DNA of 63,475 nucleotides, counting the filler, from Hyphochytrium catenoides (taxonomy: Eukaryota; Protista; Hyphochytriomycota), in assembly GCA_900088475.1 (NCBI GenBank). It is 7 parts of 7 records of this genome, joined end to end, with 100 filler letters (N's around TTAATTAATTAA, not from the genome) between each part and the next. Parts side by side here need not be neighbours in the genome. Positions count along the whole stretch, not along the records: positions 45,263 to 61,880 come from FLMG01000558.1; positions 61,981 to 63,475 come from FLMG01002128.1; 5 more parts are not named here. One strand, 5' to 3'. The stretch's first letter is position 1; each line of letters begins with the position of its first letter. A model generated the notes under the pieces. The model ran no database searches. It saw nothing but the letters and a program-made list of their open reading frames with translations, and was not told where the DNA came from. This document shows positions 57,346 to 63,475 of the stretch, piece after piece. A program made the position numbers and the translations under genes.

Positions 57346-60300
57346 CTACAGATATGACTTGTCTGATTTTCGGATGCCAAACGCATACAGCAGGAAGGAG
57401 TAGAGGTCAGCTTGCTCCTCAATCCTCTTTGAGGTCGGTTTTCCGGCTCCGTGGCCCGCTTTACTCTCGATTCTGATGACCAGAGGGACCTTCTGCCCAG
57501 CAGTAGCGCCCAGCTTATGCTGTAACTCAGCAATGAACTTGAAAGAATGTAAGGGCACTACACGATCATCATGATCCGCTGTCATCAGAAGCGTGGCTGG
57601 ATAGTCTCCTTCTGCCGGGATATTATGTAGGGGAGAGTACTTATAGAGGTAGGAGAAGTCTTCCTCCTTATCGGGGTCTCCATAGTCCGTCTTCCAAGCG
57701 TGACCGATGGTGAATTTATGGAAGCGGAGCATGTCAAGAACGCCCACCTAGATAGAGTTGTAGAAGTTAAGATGCAGTTAGTTAACCGCTGTAGGTTTCT
57801 CGTCAATCGTCTGTCTCTCTGTGTGATTCTCTCTCCAGCATCAAGGCTTGGAGTGAGTGGCTCTACTGCCCAGGATGCTCTCACACTCTCGTGGAGCTCT
57901 GAGTACACTCAACCAGTACTATACCCAACTTCAGGTATTGTCATGAATTATAGCAAAGTAAGTCATCTGTAAGCGCTTACCGCTGCCACGCCAGCTGCAT
58001 ATAAATCGGGTCGCTGGTTGAGGCAGGCGCTAACCAGCAGGCCGCCATTGGAGCCTCCAAAAATGCCAAGCTTCTCCTTGCGAGTGTACTTCTCAGCAAT
58101 CAAATACTCGGCCGCAGCTTGGAAGTCATCAAAAACGTTCTTTGAATGAAGGCACAACAAAAAGAGAGAGAGAGAGGAAGAGCAATTAGTAAGAGGATGT
58201 TGATTCTCAGCAAAATGCATACGGCCAAGGAAAGGAACAGAAGGAAGAACTTGATTATGGAGGTTCAAGATCTTAGAGCAAGAGGTGACGACGAGCGAGA
58301 AAACTTCAAATCAAAACGAAAATGAGAGTAATAATGGAGCAGAGGTTTCTCTAATGGACCCCATGCCGTACCTGCTTCTTGCCAAAAGTGCCTAACTGAT
58401 GCCATTCCTCGCCTGAGTAGATACAAGTAACGACGGACGTTAATAACGCTGTACTATCTGCTTCTCACAAGTGCATCCTTGTCCATCTGTCTTGACTTCT
58501 ACGGCCTCTAGACTTGTTGCCCTTGATTAGTACTGACGGAACTCTCTCTTCTCCTCCGCAGTTCGGCTTTGTCTACGTCCCTCTGACTCTAGCTTGCGGA
58601 CAATACCTCTTCTCCTTCTACCATTAACACTGCAGATGCCTCACTCCCAATTGCCTTACTCTAGTCAGAGCGTAACGTACCATATTCTCCTCCTCCTCGC
58701 AGGTTAGCCACAGCAAAGATTCCTCCAAAGTTCTGAATGAAGGGCATTCGCAGAGAAGAGAAGGATGGCGGAATAGGAATATTGAACCCTCCGTAGCCAT
58801 AAAGTAGTGTAGGGTTATCTCCGTCTCTCTTCAGTCCTTTCCTATGCATGATGAACATGGGGATCTTGGTCCCATCTTTAGAGTGATAGAACACCTGGTT
58901 TGTCTCCATCTCATCTGTTATCAAGCCCTGAACGTGCTGCATGACGGGTAGGCAGTGAGAGGGTTATTGTAGGACAGGTATGCATGAAAGTCATTAACAG
59001 GCAGAGAGCTTGGCAATGACACGTTTGAAGGCACAATCCGAACTTCAACACACTCATTAACTAAACAATACTGCGGGATATAGCTGGCGGGTAGGTGGAG
59101 GTGACAGAGTATTGGGGGCAGAAGGACAGCGATGAAAGGCTGTCCAGTAGAAAAGAGTGACGAACTGGCAACTCACGATTCGACGGAACAGCTGGGGCAC
59201 GGGGAGAGAGTCAGAAAAATCACTAAAGTCGACTCTGTACACATCTCCTGGGTTGGTGAAGGACGTGAACTTGAAGAAGAGCTCGTGACCCTTCTCTTTC
59301 CCACTAAGAGCCACAGTGCAGATTCCTGGGAGTTGCAGTTCTCCTTTAAAACCGCCATCAAGGCTGTAAATGCGCACTGAAAGAGGGGAGAAGAGACCGT
59401 TAGAAACAGGCTAGACTAACCTCCGTCTCTCTGCCTCATACATTCCTCCCTCCCTCTCCAATTGCGTCCATCCCCGACTAGCTTAGTATGGGCACTGTTC
59501 TCAAGCCCGTATGCAAATCGGAGAGCTATCGAACGGTTAAATGCTTTCCCAGCCAACCCTCTACAGCATCTTCCCTGCCTCGTGTCTCTGGCCATCAAAA
59601 GGCCTGTGCTGAACCAGCCAAATGAAGGATATCGAGATACTTACCGACATCCTTAACATCTTCCAAGTACGTCACGACCAGCAAACTCTCCTTCAGCACC
59701 AAAGCAGAGCTTAGCACCGCATTGGGCCCTGGCTGTGCCACCACCTCCTCCCAGACGGGAGAGGCAGAGAGCTTGCACTTGACAATCCTGTTCCTGGGGG
59801 CGTCGAGGTTCGTCTCAAAGTAAAAGACATCACCCTCGTTGAAGAGATAACTAAAGGCGGCATCGAAGGTAGGAGCAAGAGGGATGAAGCACAGGGCGTT
59901 CTCTCTCCCCTCATTCTTGACTCTCGCTGCCCATCCTTCATAGAGTTCTGCAACATGGAGCTTGTTGGCATTCTTGCACCCATCTCTGGTGTAGATTAGT
60001 AAGTACTTCCCATCGTGCGTCACCGCAGCACCGTGGTTGTTCTCAGGGTTGGCAGGATCTTCAAAGATGAGAACATCCTCCTGTTGGTAAAAAGAACAGT
60101 TAACAGTTAGAAAAAAAAATTTGGTTAGCAAAGTTAATAGAGACATCGCAGATTGGCCGTGGCTGTGAAGGCACATGCTCCACTTGCTGTATTAGCAAGT
60201 ATGCCATTCTCTCTCCCTCTCCCTCTCTCTCTCATATTCTCTCACTCACACACATACACACACACTTCTTCTTGTCTTCTATTTCGTTGTTACCTTCTGC

Positions 60301-61658
60301 GGGGTTCCAAGCTTATGATAGAAAACCTGATGGTTATGGTTCTTGTCAACCTCGGAGCCGCGTTTGCAGTCATCAGCGCTGGCATCCGTGCCCGACAGCG
60401 CCTTCGGCTCAGGGTACCGAGAGTAAAAGAAACCTTCGTCGTCAGGTGACCAGGGGAGGCTGCTAAACTTAACCCATTCAATGCAATCGTCCAGCTGTCT
60501 TCCGGTAAGGACGTCCTTTACATAGACTGTCTGAAGGGAGAATACAGAGGGGCCAGACCGGGAAAGAGAGTATGCTTAGGTTGACCAAAGACTTCGAAGC
60601 CGGAGGCAGATCTCTGAAATCTGCAGCTCAGATAAAGATAAGAGGTCTCGCAGTAGGGAGAGAACTACGACAAAAGTCAGCAAGACTGCAATCATGGGGA
60701 CGAAATACCACGGGAACTGTCCAAGGAAGAGAATTTTTTGGTACTCACTGTCCAGTCGGACCCGCTCCGTGAGATGCCGTATGCATAATAGAACTTCCCT
60801 GTCTTCTCAAGGTTGTCTGAAAACTTCTGCACGTTGATTGAAGCCGTGCCGTCAGTGGAGAGCTTGTTCGGGTCGAAGAAAAGCTTAGGCTCTGCATCTA
60901 GACTGGTCTGCTCATAGATACAGTCTTGGTTCTGTAGCCCAGTGTTATAGAAGTAGAAGTATCGATCGCCGCGCTGAAACGGGGTGGACTGCAATGATGG
61001 GATGAAGGGATTGAATGTCAGCATATGAGAAATGTTGCCAGACAACTAAGATGTAGCTGAAGCCCTCAAGGGCCAAAGCAACAGAGAGACAAGGAACAGC
61101 GCGCGGGGGTGCGAATGAGGGGAGAAGAACGAGTGTAAATGAAAGAGCAGGGTAAATGACGAGAGGATCAAATGTGTGCCAAACGATACCCATCGCGCAA
61201 TCAAAAGAGAGAAGGTAAGGATCCGATGAAGGCATAGAGGGTACTGACATATTTCTCATAGTTATACATCTCCGCGAGCTGCTCCTTCAGCTCTTCCTTG
61301 AACGAAAAATGAGCGTTGACAGCCTAAGTCGAGAAAAGAATAGCAACGCGTCAGCCACTCAAAGTTCGGAGTCATCCCTCTGGCCGCCATAGAAGACCCA
61401 GATGAGGTGGTACATACATCCCATAGCTTGTTTTGAGCTGCAACGAAGGCGGTGGTCTCCTCTGAATCAGGATCCTCAAGATATCTAAGTAAAAGAGTGC
61501 CCCAGGCCGATTATACGAAGTAACATTAGGCGAGTTTACAAGACCCTTGCAGAAGAGGGCAGTTTTTACCGGTATGGGTCCGCGACCTTGTGGCCATGGA
61601 GGTTCTCCACCAGATCCTCCCGGCGAAGCTCTGGGTAGGAGAGCCTGAGTTCTTTCAT
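57346..61658 (-). CDS. PREP: Prolyl oligopeptidase (S9A), multi-exon; possible in-frame N-terminal extension from 61832
   Basis: VADPYR|[50 protein letters not shown], catalytic [23 protein letters not shown]; all introns read are GT-AG. Confidence 0.97.
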
Positions 61659-61880
61659 AGTCAGGCTTCTTGCCAATTGATCCTGGCGACCACTATAAAG
61701 CCTTATACGAATCGTAGAGGTGGAACGAAAATCTGATGGACTGGCTTTCTCTGTGCAGGGGTAGAACCTAGATGGACGACGGATAGATCTTGACAAAGCT
61801 CTGCAGATGAGTCTCTCTTTTCTCCAAATCATTGCTGCTTGAGATCCGATCCTTGCCTCATCCGAGCTGCTGGGCTGCGC

Positions 61881-61980
61881 NNNNNNNNNNNNNNNNNNNN
61901 NNNNNNNNNNNNNNNNNNNNNNNNTTAATTAATTAANNNNNNNNNNNNNNNNNNNNNNNNNNNNNNNNNNNNNNNNNNNN
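61881..61980. other. Artificial contig linker
   Basis: N-TTAATTAATTAA-N, 100 bp. Confidence 0.97.
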
Positions 61981-63475
61981 ATCTAGAGACCAACAGGTGC
62001 TGCGAGATTTGTACCGGTTAGCATGCGATGAAGCGCAGTAAGGAGCTCAGATATGTATGTTGGTAGATCAACGAACAACCAGTATTTTATCATCCGATAG
62101 ATCCGAAATAGCTGCTCCTCCTCCCGTGCCACCAATTGGCCAGCGTTGTCTCTGACGCCTTCAAATTTAACTAGACTACTAATTGATCCTTACAGTAGAA
62201 GATGCTCCATTAGTAGCTTCGTGTGTTTGGGACAGCGCCATCACATCATGTGACTGACTTTCTAGCCTCAGAGGCTGCTGAGAAGAGAAGGGAGATTGAA
62301 AATAATCAGAGTAGATAGACCTCATTAGGTAGTAAGGTGAGGGACAGAAGAAATGAGGGTTCAGAGCCAGTTCAGGCAGAAAAAGGAGTTGCTGTAAGCT
62401 GATACCAGGGAGGCGGAAAAAATTCTGTCTTGTCGATGAAGTTGTCGGGCCTAGGGAGGGCAGATCGAGACCCTAACAAGAGAGAAGGCAGAATCTCTTC
62501 CCTTTTAAAAACCCAAACTTCGGGAGTGTTTAGTTTTCTCCTCAACAAGAGAAGAAGATATCGTCATCTCCTCTTTCCGGGAAGGATGAGGCCCCGCTTG
62601 CTTCCGACAATCTCACCGAAGAGATATAATACTGTCTCTCTCTCTCTCTTATTAGCTCTATCTATATCTCTATGTTCACGCTCCTTGGGCTGTTCCTTGA
62701 TGTCTAACTTTCTCCTTCCCCTAAATCCCTATATCAATAGGACAGGCAATGCCGAAGCGACGATTTCCCTTTGCTGCAGGAACCGAAAAGCGAAAGAACA
62801 ACACAGTCAGAGAGAGAGACTAAGGAGAGAGAGAGTATGTCTTGGCAGAGAGAGTCCGATGGAGCGGTCTTCACTGTACAATCAAGATAGCACACCAGCA
62901 ATCTGCTCCTGACAGCGGACTTTTACGACGACATCGTTTTTGAAATTTCCGTCATGGAACAACAAGAGCTTTTGCCTGGACCAAAGTCGGCAGGGACGAC
63001 CATTGCCATGGATGCCGCGGATCTTCGGCTGACTTCTGATTTCGTACATGCAGCCTCAAAATGGCTTACTCTAATCAGGGTCAGATATCGGGACTAGTTT
63101 TGGTATGCTATCGAAAATAGTTTTGGTATGCAGCGCTCCAGATGCCGGGACAGGGACTCGGGACGAGGTCGTCACCGAGGTTAACGAGGCCGTTGAGTAC
63201 TGTGGCCGACACTCTGAAGACAACATCGCAAAGAACTTTTATCTACACACTCAGCTCCTTTTCCCTTCTTCCTCTCCTTCAGAGAGAGAGACGAGGAGGG
63301 AGATCTGGATGGTCAGCTTGCAATACTGAAATGGAGAAAGAGATAGAACCACAGTCAGATCAGGCAGACAGTCGAGCTCAGTCAGACGTTAGAGCAGCAG
63401 GATTGTGAGCTTCGAAAAGCGCAGAATGAATAGAGAGAGAGAGAAATGGATGGCGAAGATTGTTGAATCAGGAGG

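Noticed and set aside
57346-61658. Alternative genetic code or non-canonical introns
   Set aside because: POP, ADPGK, the kinase and TAF15b rebuild with the standard code and GT-AG introns.
61981-63475. Short ORFs in the last contig (e.g. 63105-63329)
   Set aside because: No recognisable motif or consistent exon chain.

Overview
Eukaryotic (algal or protist-like) nuclear DNA. It is intron-rich (GT-AG, CTRAC-like branch points), uses the standard code, and is dense in (CT)n/(AG)n microsatellites. The window is seven contigs joined by artificial 100-bp N-TTAATTAATTAA-N linkers, so synteny across linkers is unproven. Genes rebuilt by reading exons by eye: a divergent NAP1/NCKAP1 (WAVE complex; about 1-9.7 kb, minus) head-to-head with a TAF15b/FET-type RRM protein carrying three CCHC knuckles; an intronless frameshifted AAA+ ATPase; ADP-dependent glucokinase; a partial coiled-coil gene; a ZupT/ZIP transporter; a secreted bulb-type lectin with a propeptide; an AIFM2/FSP1-like oxidoreductase; an alpha/beta-hydrolase lacking its catalytic Ser and His; an AGC kinase; and prolyl oligopeptidase. 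Accessory DNA includes a decayed hAT transposase containing a 250-bp hairpin, a possible eroded CRESS-DNA-virus Rep/SF3 helicase relic, and several short tandem duplications at gene 3' ends. I found no convincing multi-gene novel system. The best leads are the pseudo-hydrolase, the CCHC-type TAF15b with a candidate poison exon, the viral-like relic near the intronless ATPase, the hairpin and the processed lectin. Homology calls come from recalled family motifs, not from database searches.
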